Positions 20,174 to 32,057 of a DNA stretch of 40,302 bases are shown here, piece after piece (positions within the stretch are counted from its first letter, which is position 1; each line of letters starts with the position of its first letter). Position numbers and translations under genes: made by a program. The stretch lies in contig JALAGF010006383.1 in NCBI GenBank assembly GCA_030167865.1, forward strand, positions 1 to 40,302, written 5' to 3'. The notes beneath the pieces were generated by a model that was not told the DNA's origin, ran no database searches, and saw nothing but the letters and a program-made list of their open reading frames with translations. This DNA comes from Craspedostauros australis. Taxonomy: Eukaryota.

Positions 20174-22345
20174 TCATGCAGCCGCCAGAGACTGTAGCAT
20201 CTGAATGAATTGAACCAGATCCTCGGCTCCGATCGAAGGGTTGAATCCGTACACCTTCCTCCCTTCGTGAAGCACGGACAGTTTTGCCAGTGAATTCGAA
20301 GACGCCACGAACTGCACCTGGCTGAGAACGTACACCTTGACCGTCGTCCTGAAGGCGATGGTCGAGACGCAGATGAGGCAGCTGACCGTGACACAACCCT
20401 TCCCAGTGAAGGTGTCAAACTCCAAAAGCGGCACCTCGCTTCGGAGCAGATCGTCAGACAAGCGACCCTCCGTGTTCTGCGCTTGCAGTGCTATCCCGTG
20501 CCATCGATGTGCTTCAACGTTGGCTCTGTTCGTGTTTGCCTTGCAAACAGAATGCAGAATGGCCTTCCAATCCTCCTGCCTTTCCGCCAATCGCCGCATC
20601 GTGGAACGGTTGAAGTCCTTCAGATACCGCTGCTGTTCTTCGTCGGCGACTCTTTGGAACGCTTCGAACACCAACTTCACAGCATCGTTGGCCATCTGCA
20701 AAGATTCTGCGGGCAGTCCTCGAGAGTCAGATATTCGATCTGTAATGGCTACGACTGCCTTCTGCACTTCGTCTGGCCACGGCAAGTTCACATCCGTTGA
20801 CACATTCGACACGACATTCCGAACTAGAGGGATGAGGTCATCATCTGGCTCCTTCAAGACCATGATCAAGTGCTGCGGCAGCACAACGTGGTACTTGCGG
20901 ATGGCGTATTGCAGGAGCAGCAGGAACTTCCTGTGCTGATGGTTGGATTCATTTTGGGAGCTGAGGACGTGCGGCAGTGAGACCTTAAGCTCGGTGACCA
21001 GGTCTTGTCTCGTCAGCATGCCGATCTGCCGCCCATACCTCTCGTCGATGATGATGTACGGAGGTCTCAGTCCAAAGCCATCCATGGGATTTAGAAGAGT
21101 GCTGTACGCCATCCTCCCGTCGCGCAGCTCCTTCCAACATCGATGCAAGAAGCCGTCCGTTCCACTGATCAAGATCCAATCCTCCCTGCAGAGAGCTGGG
21201 AAGATCTGGCTTCTTGCCCGCGAGGCACTGCCCTTGTCTGCGTTGAACCCCTTGGTGGATGAACGTCGTTCGTTTTCCTTTCGGATGGACGGGGAATCCA
21301 GCTCAGCAGCCCAGGCATGCAGATGATCAGACAGCGCTTGCTGGTTCCAGTCCTGTCTTGACTTCACGTATCTGCTGTGATCTAACTGCTTCCGATCACT
21401 GCCGTGGTATGCAATGGAATCAGGGTATAGCACTTGGATCAGTGCGCAAGCTTCGCGAAGGCTGCTGCGCCGTCCCTCTGGCGTCCTGTCTGATGTTGCG
21501 TTTGGCACGTTTTGTGGAGACGACGGATCGGTGTGACGGTTTACATTGTTGATGGCTCCCTGCCACTGATCATTGCCATTATCATTGCCATTACCAACAC
21601 CATCGTCCATGCCCGATGCTGCTGTCATCTTCAGGTCCTTGGCCTGATTCATGATGATAGGTTCCAGCAGAACATCTTCGACATAAAAGAACCGGAGAAG
21701 AAGGACACGTTCCAGCTGCCTGGTTTTGCATGTGACGAGCTGCGCATTGAACACAAACTTGCAGTCTGCGGACACCGCGGCAATGCCCAGGAACATTTCT
21801 TCGGAGCTGCCCAACGTGATCGCCGTTGATTCCATCATGGGCCAGTCATCATCAAAGACTCTGGCCACGGCCTTCATGACATCGGCACTGGATGAATCGG
21901 GTCGGATCCTCATCGTCATTGTGCGGACAGGAAGGGATTCTGAGGTATCTTCATTCGTGTTGCTGCCGCTCCGCCCCATCGACGATAGACCTATGAACAT
22001 GTCTGCTTGCAGGTAAGTCAACGCAAGCGGTGAGCAGTACTCCGTCACCATGTCCTTGAGTGGAGGAACGTTACTTCCATTGTCATTGTCATTGCCATTG
22101 ACGTTACTCCCATCACCGCCTCCCACCGGCGAACTTTGGTACTCCCTCGTCACGTCGATTCGATGCAGGTGAAGTGTGCTGCCCTTCGCGTCATTGCTGG
22201 TGGCGGCTGGAACGTGGATCTTCGCGCTTCGCAAGCCCAGATGCCTGCAGTGATCTCTCAGCGTGTGAATGTGCAGCCCCTCGCCAGTTTCCGGCTCCGT
22301 TGCCGCTTGCATTGTCATGCCTCCTTTGTTCCCGGTTTGCCCCAT
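20174..22345 (-). CDS. Hypothetical protein (~723 aa) with a helical/coiled-coil segment and a possible C-terminal PH-like fold
   Basis: 2.2 kb open frame with globular-looking composition; first ATG at 22345 (MGQTGNKGG). The C-terminal ~85 aa has alternating beta-like segments ending in an amphipathic helix (AEDLVQFIQMLQSL). The fold assignment is inference only. Confidence 0.8.
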   Translation of the reverse strand: MGQTGNKGGMTMQAATEPETGEGLHIHTLRDHCRHLGLRSAKIHVPAATSNDAKGSTLHLHRIDVTREYQSSPVGGGDGSNVNGNDNDNGSNVPPLKDMVTEYCSPLALTYLQADMFIGLSSMGRSGSNTNEDTSESLPVRTMTMRIRPDSSSADVMKAVARVFDDDWPMMESTAITLGSSEEMFLGIAAVSADCKFVFNAQLVTCKTRQLERVLLLRFFYVEDVLLEPIIMNQAKDLKMTAASGMDDGVGNGNDNGNDQWQGAINNVNRHTDPSSPQNVPNATSDRTPEGRRSSLREACALIQVLYPDSIAYHGSDRKQLDHSRYVKSRQDWNQQALSDHLHAWAAELDSPSIRKENERRSSTKGFNADKGSASRARSQIFPALCREDWILISGTDGFLHRCWKELRDGRMAYSTLLNPMDGFGLRPPYIIIDERYGRQIGMLTRQDLVTELKVSLPHVLSSQNESNHQHRKFLLLLQYAIRKYHVVLPQHLIMVLKEPDDDLIPLVRNVVSNVSTDVNLPWPDEVQKAVVAITDRISDSRGLPAESLQMANDAVKLVFEAFQRVADEEQQRYLKDFNRSTMRRLAERQEDWKAILHSVCKANTNRANVEAHRWHGIALQAQNTEGRLSDDLLRSEVPLLEFDTFTGKGCVTVSCLICVSTIAFRTTVKVYVLSQVQFVASSNSLAKLSVLHEGRKVYGFNPSIGAEDLVQFIQMLQSLAAA

Positions 22346-24115
22346 TGATGGCGATCGGGCGGAATTCTCTGCGTTGCGTTGTTCTTTCCTGACAGTGCGA
22401 GAGTCCCGTTGTTTCTTCCCTGTCTCTTGGAAGAAGCAGGGGAGAACACGGATGACGCACCTGGCAAACCTCCCACCACCGACAACGCTGAGCACAATGG
22501 AGACAACAGATAGACAAGTGCACCACACAAACACTGGGCCAGCAGCGCGTGTGGGGTGCAACACTCGACGGTTCCTCCTTCACTAGTGACAAAAGTTCTT
22601 CACGCTGCGTTGCTGTTCTGTTTCTCGGGGCTGTGCGATCCCAGACACTGTCGTTTTTGGCCGGAGGTTGATCGTGTGTTGTGATTGGTGTTTCGCGCCG
22701 TCGATTCTCGGTGTGGATATTTGACTAGATTGACTGCAACAACAAGAAATGTCAACAACTCCAAAATTGACTGTCTGGACACGACGGTGCTTTTGGCGAA
22801 CTCATCAAAAGCGTTTCTTTGCTCACGCGCATCGCTGGCGGATTTACTGGCGCAGCCGAAGCCGCGAATTACACCGTCACGATCGGTCCCTCATCAGCGA
22901 GCCATTCTCCAATGGAATTTGTTCATAAATTCCAAATGGCCGATTCAAGCGACACCTGCCAATGTGGTCGCTGCTCAAGCAATAAACACGGGGTGGTCTC
23001 GCACTGTTCTATTTATGTTCGCAGGTAGTAGTCGAGTTGAGCGTAATATTTCGGAGTACATTACTCTACCATATGTTCCATTCATGCATGTATTCGCGGT
23101 CGTGGACTATGATACGATGTTGTTGTATGTTGTAGTGTGAAATCTGCTTGATTTCTTATTCACATGGGTGACAGAGTTCAAGCTGCGTTCACTCGCTTCG
23201 AAAGCAGCAGCAGAGTTGGGTTCCAGAACTCCTGATGGGAATGGCTTCAATCTGCCTGTGCCCACGTCGCCACCGATTGAAGTTCGATCTTGAGTGTTGG
23301 CTGTGTAGGTTCACACCATCGTTGATGATCCCCTGATCTTGAGATGGCGCTTTGCTGCCATTTCTGTCGCATTCTGTTATCCTTGGAGCAACTCGTCTGT
23401 CCGTTGAAGTCTCGGATGTGCTGTCGGGGTATTGAGAAGGTTTGAGTGCATGTGTAGTGACTCGTACTGGATCTACGATCTGCCTGCATTGTTAAGCCAG
23501 CCGAACGCTCCCAATGTTTGGATGCATTCGTGTGGAAGGGCACATCCGCCAGAGCAGCGAGATGACCCATCTGCTCTTGCCCCCCTCGGGATCTCATTGG
23601 GAACAAAGTACTCCTGTGTCGGTTTGTGTCATTTCCGAACCTCCCCACGCGGAATGTGGCACCTTCTCTTGGTTGCAATTGATGTGCCTTCACCAGAGTC
23701 GGTGCGCCGAAGACGGTGGGGCAAAGAATCCCATACTTTCGAGTAAGTGTAGGAGGATAGTAGATGTGTTGCAACACTGCTCTTTGCTACGTTTTGAGAC
23801 CATTTGCCAGATCTGGGAGTATAATAGGAGGCAAGTACTAATACGTAGGCATGCGGAGTGGAGGTGCAAGCGGAGTTCAACATCAACGTCTCGCGTTGAT
23901 GCGAAAATTCATGCACCTCTGGCAAGGGATTGATGGGTGCTGTCTCTAAATGCCGGCACACCCAGTCGTCTGTTTCAGGCATGTTTCAATTCAGACTTTG
24001 CTTGATGTATCCCCTGCTGTCACAATCATTGCTGCTGCAGATGTTGTTTCTGCCGCTTGTCTGGCACAGCATTTGCATGACATCGCGTTGTATCATCTCG
24101 TTTCACTAACTGGTT

Positions 24116-26356
24116 TCATCTTCTAGCGTGGTTGCGCGGGTTGTGCTGTGGCGTTGTTCGTTTCTCCTCGTTTGCAGAGCTTGACAGCGACGCTCTGTCG
24201 AGACCAAGGAGGCTGGAAAGGTTGATCGACGGTGCAGTGACACCGGGAATTCCGCTCAATGAATTCGTTGCCCCGACCGTTGCCATCGACGATGCGATTT
24301 GCTGCGGGGCAGGCGGCGGCGTGGGATCTGTCGGTGTGAGACCCGCAGTTGCTGTCCCGGCCGCCAGTATCTCTCGAAGCGTGGTCTGCTGCTGATCCAT
24401 TGTAGATGGAATGAACATGTGCTGCGGCAGCTGCAACTGGGCTGGATTTGACTGTTGGGTGAGTGACAATGGGTTATGCCGGCCGATTGAGCGTTGGGTA
24501 TTGCACACAAATTCCCGAGAATGATTCGACCATACCATTCGCATCGTCCAAATCCCGTGTCATGGTGCCCGTGGCAGAGGATTCGGATGAGAGCGTGATG
24601 GAACACGGCGCGGATGCGCAATTTGCGATTACGAGAACGATCGCAATTGCGAATGCGATGCATCGCAGAACCGAAGCAGCGATGGCGTGCAACAGCCCCA
24701 ACGCGGCATAGCAAGGTATCGTGTGATATGGTATGGTACGATACGATACAATATGACATGGCGTGGCCGTACCATGGAACGATGTGGCATACCACCAGCC
24801 AGGCAGTGAATTGCATCCCAATTACGATGATGAGAATGCACAAGAGGATGGAATAGCGGCATGTGCGCGGCATGTGAAGAAGGGCAGAGCGATGACAATG
24901 GTACGATGGATTGTTTGCGACACGGAATCAGAAAAAGCAAGGAAGGAATACCGTGAGATGAGAAACAGGAGAAGGTTCAAGTCTTCTGGACAGTACGAGA
25001 CCTGCAGCACAGATGGAATGCAAGTACTGCGACGCCTCGATGGAGTGCCGTGGATGGGTGCAAGATGACACGCATGGCGACCGTTGCCGACGGTTGATGG
25101 CAGTGCAGCACGCGCAACATACGTGACGCGTGCAAATTTCTCAGGTCAAAGCCTCACTTGGTGGAGAAAGAGCGCGTATCATACCACCTTGTTGTGATAC
25201 TTACGTTAACAAGAGTGGACAGCCCTCCCTGGCGGAGCAGTGAATCGAGCGCCATCACCTGAGGCTGCCGTCCTTGCCCCGTGCCTGCGATACCCGAAGG
25301 GGGAGACCCTCGACCTGCGCCTCTTCCTGCTGCCCCGCGATGGCTGGAAGACAAGGGCCTAGCAGCTGCTGCGGCGGTAGCGGCAGCAGACATGGAGGCC
25401 GATGTGAGGTCATTCCCAGTAGACCCAGCCAAAAGGGAGGTTAGCAGACCTGGCCTCGTTGCGTCCAAGCCAAGCATGGACTGATTCAGAACTTGCATCG
25501 GTGTCTGTGACTGCTGCTGCGACTGCTGCTGCTGCTGCGACTGTTGTTGTTGTTGTTGCTGCTGCTGTTGCTGATGTTGTGATTGCAATTCTTGCTGCCG
25601 TTGGAATGATTGTGATTGGCTTTGCTGTTGCTGACGTGATTGTTGCTGCTGCTGCTGCGTTTGGCGTTGCTGTTGCTGTCGCTGGAGTAACGACAAGATG
25701 CTGGCATCAGAGAGGCCACTGAGGTGAGGTGACGAGGACGCGTTGCTGATGGACTGTGCAGATGCGCTGGATATGAGTGTCAGTTGGGCTTTCTCCAACG
25801 CGCTCTCGAGATCCAGCACTCTCGCTTGCAGCGTACGATTCAGAGCGTGCAGGCTCTGGCTCTCTGTCTGGAGATGCTGATTGGCAGCAACGAGCGCGTC
25901 GTTTCTTCTCGTAAGGGCGTTGACTTGATTTGAGAGCGTCTCGATGAGTTCCTTCTTGCGTCTTCTTCGAGCACGGGCCGATGCTCTGTTGAGAGCCAGT
26001 CTCTTTTCTCTCTTCGCTCTGACAACCAACGGATTGCTGGTTGTTCCGCCAGCGCTGCCTCCTGCTTGACTATGTAGCCGTTGATGATCCATGTCATTGT
26101 CGTTGTCGTTGTCATTATCCATATCGTGACTCTCGTCATCATCGGAAGAGTGCAGCGTGTCGGCATCGGCATCAGCGTCAGCACTCGGGTCGTCTTGGGC
26201 GTTTCCTCGGGATGCAGGTGATTGTTCGTCCTCTTCGTCGTCTCGCTTGGAGATTCTCTTGCGCTTGTTGGATGGGCTTGCACCTGCACCCGATCTTGAT
26301 CCAGCGCCAGCATCCTTGCGTTCGCGAGAGCCTCGTGATTCTGTCGGGTCGCTCAT
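24116..26356 (-). CDS. bZIP transcription factor (exon 1 26356-25205; likely exon 2 24451-24116; ~495 aa)
   Basis: Basic region KREKRLALNRASARARRRRKK followed by a leucine zipper (LIETLSNQVNALTRRNDALVAANQHL...LQARVLDLESAL) and a poly-Q region. Perfect GTAAGT donor at 25204 (phase 0). The CACTCACCCAACAG acceptor ending at 24452 joins in frame to ORF 24116..24544 (STLVN-SNPAQLQLPQHMF...). The bZIP call is firm; exon 2 is less so. Confidence 0.85.
24452..25204 (-). other. Probable intron of the bZIP gene (753 nt)
   Basis: GTAAGT...CAACAG, phase 0; the acceptor context resembles eIF4G intron 1. An alternative acceptor at 25002 is also possible. Confidence 0.6.
25509..25682. repeat. (CAG/CAA)n coding repeat, poly-Gln region of the bZIP
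   Basis: ctg/ttg triplet runs on the + strand, translating to QQQQ tracts on the - strand. Confidence 0.9.
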
Positions 26357-29300
26357 CGCTCAGTCTGACCGAAGCACCAAGAGGACTGAGCTGAAATATG
26401 GCAACTGAGCAGTTGCAGTTGCAGATCCAGGTGCAAGGTATGATCTTCCCCACAGCTTCTGATAGACGATGCTGTATTGGTGAATACAGAGGGAGTGGTG
26501 CAGTGCGTGCTCCGAAAGGAAGGAAGAAGCCAGCGGGCGGACGTGACGATCGCGTCTACCCTATCTGACCCAGATGCTGCTGGTTGGTCGGTTGCGTTGG
26601 TCGATTACAATTGGTTGTGATGGGGGTTGCGACTCACGTGTGCGTTACAGGCAGAACGTAGCGCCAGAAGCTGCGATACCGGATGTGCAGAAATCACTCG
26701 GAGACTTTCGGTTGTGATCTTGTGAAGTCGATTGCGGGCGATTTGTGAGCAAAGCCAGATGTCTGCCTTCCTGGGCTGGCGGCGTTGGGTTTGGTCCTTG
26801 TGTGATTACTCAAGCCTGGCGGTTACGTGCATGACTGGTCAGCAAGCCGTTCGGTACCTCGTGTGCCTCCTGCGAGAAGCTGTTTCGTATCCTCCGCTTT
26901 CTCCAAACGCTGGAAAGTCGGACATCCACGGCCAGGAAAGCTTGTGTGGAGCGCCTTTGACGTCGACGTTGATGTTGACTTGGGCTTTTGAGTTGGCTGA
27001 CTCTGGTTCTGTCTGTATCTGTGTCTGTCTGTGTCTGTATATGCTTAGTGTTTGTATGTGCGCGCCTTTATGGCACCGGAAGAACAAAGGAGAGATGGTC
27101 ACACACAGGATGCTCCATTCGTCAGTTGGAGAGAGCAAGAGGGCCAAAGGCAATTGGTGCCGTCCTTGCGCTCGTATCAACGTGAGAGAGGTGGGTCACA
27201 GTGATTGCCGGAAGTGTCAAGGCAAGACGACAGCCTCCGATGAATAAATGGATGGATGGCTGGTGTGATGAATGGGTGGAGCCTGGATGAATGGACGTTG
27301 ACGTTTGCGGTCGATTTTTCTTGGTTTTGTGTACTTGGGGATGACTGGGATGAGAGTGGTGAGTGAAGAGTTCACAGTTTGAGAGGGTTCACTGCAGGGC
27401 GATCTCCGCGACAAACGTGGTGCTTCGACGACGTCGTTGGCGATGGCGGCGACGATGAAGCTTCCAGCGGCGATTCGAAAAGTCTCGTCGCGCTGTTCTG
27501 AGTTCGTTTAAATCGGAACGCATACAAAATGGCGGCTAAATGAATGGTTGGCTAGATGATCGCGAGAGTGTCTTTCTCAGCGGCGAGTACAGTGAATGTG
27601 ATGTGCATGTGGTGTGGACGTGGTGGAAGGGAGGTAAAAGTAGCGAAGTGCTGGAAGTGAAGGTAGGGCTGGTAGTCGTTGTGTTGTTCGCCCCTGTCCC
27701 ATCCGATTCTTTGTTTGGATAGTTCCGGGACACCAGCGAGAGCAGAAGTACGAGTACTCGTGTGGTGCTCGAGCGTGTACCTCGCACTCTAGCCTCTCAC
27801 AGCCTCTAATCTGCTGTTGCTTATTGGTGGAGGATGGTAGACTGATGACGATTGTTGGTTCCCTGGCAACTTTGGCGCGCTTGGTTGTGCCTTTCTGCTC
27901 GACTGTTTGTTTGCTTCGTGGGAAGAGTGGCCTGGTTGCGTGTGAGTTGCGTGTGAGTTGCGCCTGAGTTGTGTATGAATTCCGACTCAATCGAAACTGT
28001 GCGCACAACAGAAGTTACCACATGCAGTCCATGTGAACAAATTCCTCCCTCCTTGTTGGCTGTTGGCATTGCGTCCCACCGATTACCAATACCAGTATCC
28101 TACTCGTGTGTGTTTCGCGAGATGTGTAGGCGTACAGTGTACTACCAATTGCGATTGCACGTTGCTCGTTGCCTGCTGCTCATCGTCCATTTCCTAATTG
28201 TCCACAAATATGCCGCACAGTGTCAACACTCGCTGCTTGCAGAGCCTTCAGTACCAACCCATGACAAATGGTTCCCGTTACCGCTTCGCGCACGAGAAAT
28301 TCGATTCGTCAGGTTGCCTTGTTGGGACAGATTTTCACATCTCGAGTGTCATGAGCTTGTCTGACACGTCAAAGTGTTTCTACCCCTGCTGTTTCGGATA
28401 TTTTCATCGGGGACAAAGATGTGCACGTGCGCGAACAAATAGGGATGAGGTTGAACGGAGGGGTGTTTGTCATGGATCCTACTTGCGTTGTCAAAGGATG
28501 AGACACGCTTTTCTGCTTTGTTCCGTTATCCAAGCGAAATAGCCCGCTTCCAATTGTGTGCATGTTCGTGTCGGACCGTCAATGATTTTCGCTATTGACG
28601 TCGTTGTGTTTGCTATCGGAGATTCGGCGAATCAGCCTTTTTGACGACCACGATTGTTCGTTGGTCGTGTGCGGGATGTCGCATCACGGACATTCACATA
28701 AACCACAAAACTGCGTTGGACCAAGCACGGCCACGGAATTCGACTGGTGTTGTTGCGCTTTGTGATGGAAGCGTTGTTGTGTGGTTCGCTGTCGCAATCC
28801 TCACATGACAACAGGTGCGGCAGGTTGACATCGCGTGGATCGTAGGTAGTACGAGCTACAAGTATGACTGATCTCTGTCTGTCTCTCCCATCCTGTGGGC
28901 GTGTCGTGGCAGAGCAGAGCAGACTGCGGAATAGATCGTAGGCGCCTCTGTTCCACTCTACTCTACTCGTACATACACGTGAGTCCACACATTCATATCC
29001 ATAGAGTAGGTACGTTTCCCTGTTGAAGGGTCAGGTTGGTGAGTGATGATGGTCCACAGCCTCGACTCTACTCGTATGCGTACATGAAATAGTAGAATGT
29101 TTCGGTACCGACGCAACACCATGATGGAGTGCGAGTTGTCATCATGTTGGTGATGACAGGTTGGACAAAGGGGTCGACGCAGACCACCAGCATGTCCGAA
29201 AACAAGCGCTTAACCTTGGACCGAAACGACGGTCAAGCGAACCCTCCCACAGAGGTTGGGCGACGTTCGAAGTCAGAGAAGAGTGACCACGTACGAAAGT

Positions 29301-32030
29301 GCTGCAGGATAATGCTGCACTCTGCAGCATGTACCTTCACCTTGTGCGCACCATTCTCGGGAATGCCAGCGCATACACCATAGAGTAGCGCAGTTTGAAG
29401 CGCAGGAAGAGAGATGAGGTTGCGTCACAAATTCGATCGCTTCGGTGGCAACACACGGTTTTGCAATAAGGCGCAACCTTGGTCACACTCCACAGGACTG
29501 GAACAATACATAGATATTGGTATTGCCATCTAAAGCCCACGTATCGCTGAGGCTTGGCGCTATCATCTTGTTTCTCTGACGTCGATATTAAGTGTAATAG
29601 GCTTGGCCAAACCCACACAGGGTGTGTATCTACGAATAAGCTAAGTGTGGAAGACGATTGATCTCGGATTGGTCTTGATTCGGGTTGTTGTTGATTTTGG
29701 GCCTGGCTTGGATTGGATTGGGAACTCTTGGTTACATTCATCCATCTACTTTGTGACATCCACGCCCGTTGGTCTTGGTATGTATTGTACGAGGATGTTG
29801 GCATGTGCTTGCGTCTCGATCGTGTTGTTGATTGAAATCGCTTGCGGTCTGCATAGCAATACAGGCGTGTTGAAGCAACATGCTCTGGCAATGGTCGTAC
29901 AAGCACAATCATATCATACTCAACGAGCTATCCGTCGCCATCATCCTCATCCTCGTGCCATCCAAGCACTCTCTGCTCTGTCGCAGATCCTTTGGCAGTA
30001 GCCAGTCATCCTCTTCCGGCAAGCATCGCATCTTGTTTGTGCTGGTGGAAATGTGCGAACTGCTCCGTCAGGGAGGTTGCGTCGCTGGAAGCAATGATCG
30101 TGACTGGAAGTGCGCATTGGCTTCTCCGTAGTCCTTGTGCGCGTTCCGAGGAAAGAAGCAGGGCACATGGACATATGCCGACAGATGGCGAAAGCACAGA
30201 ACCCACACAGATGGCACAACCATACAGCAACGAAGGACAAGCGAGCAGCATTCGCCTCGAATGCCGGCCGAGCCGACGGCTGGCGAGATACGGTCACCAT
30301 GGGGACGAGATTGTACACGAGTTTCGAGTATGTACGAGTATCCACAAGAGAGAGAGAGTGAGGCGTCGGTGTCTGGAAGCAGTAGGGAGGAGGTCGACAC
30401 GCCCAAGTGTCCGAATAGGTTGGCAGAGAGTTGAGCCGAAGCGGCGACGAGCAACACATGAGATTCCCAAAATTTCGAGTTTGCCACATTACGAGTTGTG
30501 CCTCCGACTCGGAGAGAGTAATCTGATCTGGAGGATTATATTATATTACACGAATGCACTCTTTCTATCGCAACTGCTCACGACCGACAGAGATATAATA
30601 CATGTTAGAACTGACTTTTCGGGTGGCCAGAGACATCGCACGGTTCTGATCCTGGTTTGAGCGCTCTGAATGACGAGTAGAGTGGAGTAGAGCAAGCACT
30701 CTGGAGTAAAGGGTGGCTATTACGAGCATGGTGTTGTGATGGCTGAAGCTCGTTGGCTCTGGCCATCGCTTATCTGCTGCGTGGCGGAACGATGAATGCG
30801 TACGCACATGCGTCAGCAAGAAGCGGCGTCGTGGAACTGACCAGTTGCTGTGGTTGGTCAAATGGAGCCTTCGTTCTCCACAAACAAGACAAATCAGTCT
30901 CCGGTATTCTGAGGGCAGACTGGTGCCGTAGCATAACTGTTCTGTCATCCCAAACCACAACTTGCGTGGAGTAGCCAGATTCGTGATGTTCGTACTCGCA
31001 CCTGTATTCCAGCCCGTTTATTGGATCTTCTGTTCCGCCATCGTCAGTAGATCGAACAACCTCCGCAACTCAGAATTGCCAGAACTTTGGTCTTGGGTGG
31101 TTGTCTGGTCAGCGGGTTGATAACTGTGTGGGCAGCTCGTACGCCACCCACAGCGCATGCCGCAGCGCGAATCATTGCCAAGTAGAGTACAAACAATTGA
31201 CACCTATCGGAGAAGCGTGTTCATGAATGAGGTGGAGTGCACGGTACTTTTCCAGAAATTCTGTTTCCCCGACACAAATAAGCGATGGCCAACGCTTCGG
31301 AAAGAACCCGCCTCTCGATCATCCCACAGGGACGCGGTGGGAACCAATGTCGCTGGTGCTTCCAGGAGTGAATCCTCGCCAGTCATGCCTCGCACAGCCA
31401 CCAATCCCATTGTGCAAACATCATCTCATCGACTGCCGCACCGATCGTCTTATGCCTCCTCGTAGGACATCTTGTCCTGTCTTGTCCGGACCTGAAGACC
31501 CGCAGAGTTGTTCTTCTTGGCCGCTTTATTAAAAATACACACGTTCGCGCATAGTCATAGTTGCAGCCATGGAGCAAAAGGTTTCACGGGGACGGAACGA
31601 CCCCCGTCCCAAGCCACCCCAATGACTGGTGCGAACGCACCGCGCTCGCGATTGAGGGAGCATGCGTGGATAGAACGCGTTGCTTCGGTTATCTCCTTGA
31701 GGAGTTGATCTGAGGATGTCGTGTTGGAGAGACGCCCACGACGATCGATGATGATGACACTTGTGACTTTTTGTCGTCTTTGTGCATGAGCCGCGAGCAG
31801 AGGGAATCTTCGCGCGCTCCCTGAATCCGAACCGCTTCCAGAGTAACTCTTTCGTGCAGAACAGAACAGGCACCGGTGTATTTCCTGTCCTTGTCGCTGG
31901 TAATGTCTGCCTCGACCCTCATCCCCCGTCGCGGGATCAGGGTCACGGGTACGAATTGGATAGCTCGTAGTGTGCTCGTGGTGTGTCCAGAATAGTCGCA
32001 CATGGTCAGAGTGGCCAATGAAGGCAGCAT

Positions 32031-32057
32031 CGACGACGACGACGACGACGACGACGA
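32031..32057. repeat. (GAC)n microsatellite in the intergenic region
   Basis: cgacgacgacgacgacgacgacgacga seen directly. Confidence 0.9.

Noticed and set aside
24116..26356. Aureochrome or bZIP-PAS assignment
   Set aside because: No LOV (GRNCRFLQ) or PAS sequence seen downstream of the bZIP in the candidate exons.
29947..30660. Overlapping 139-222 aa ORFs on both strands
   Set aside because: No motifs or clear coding signature; such lengths are expected by chance at this GC content.
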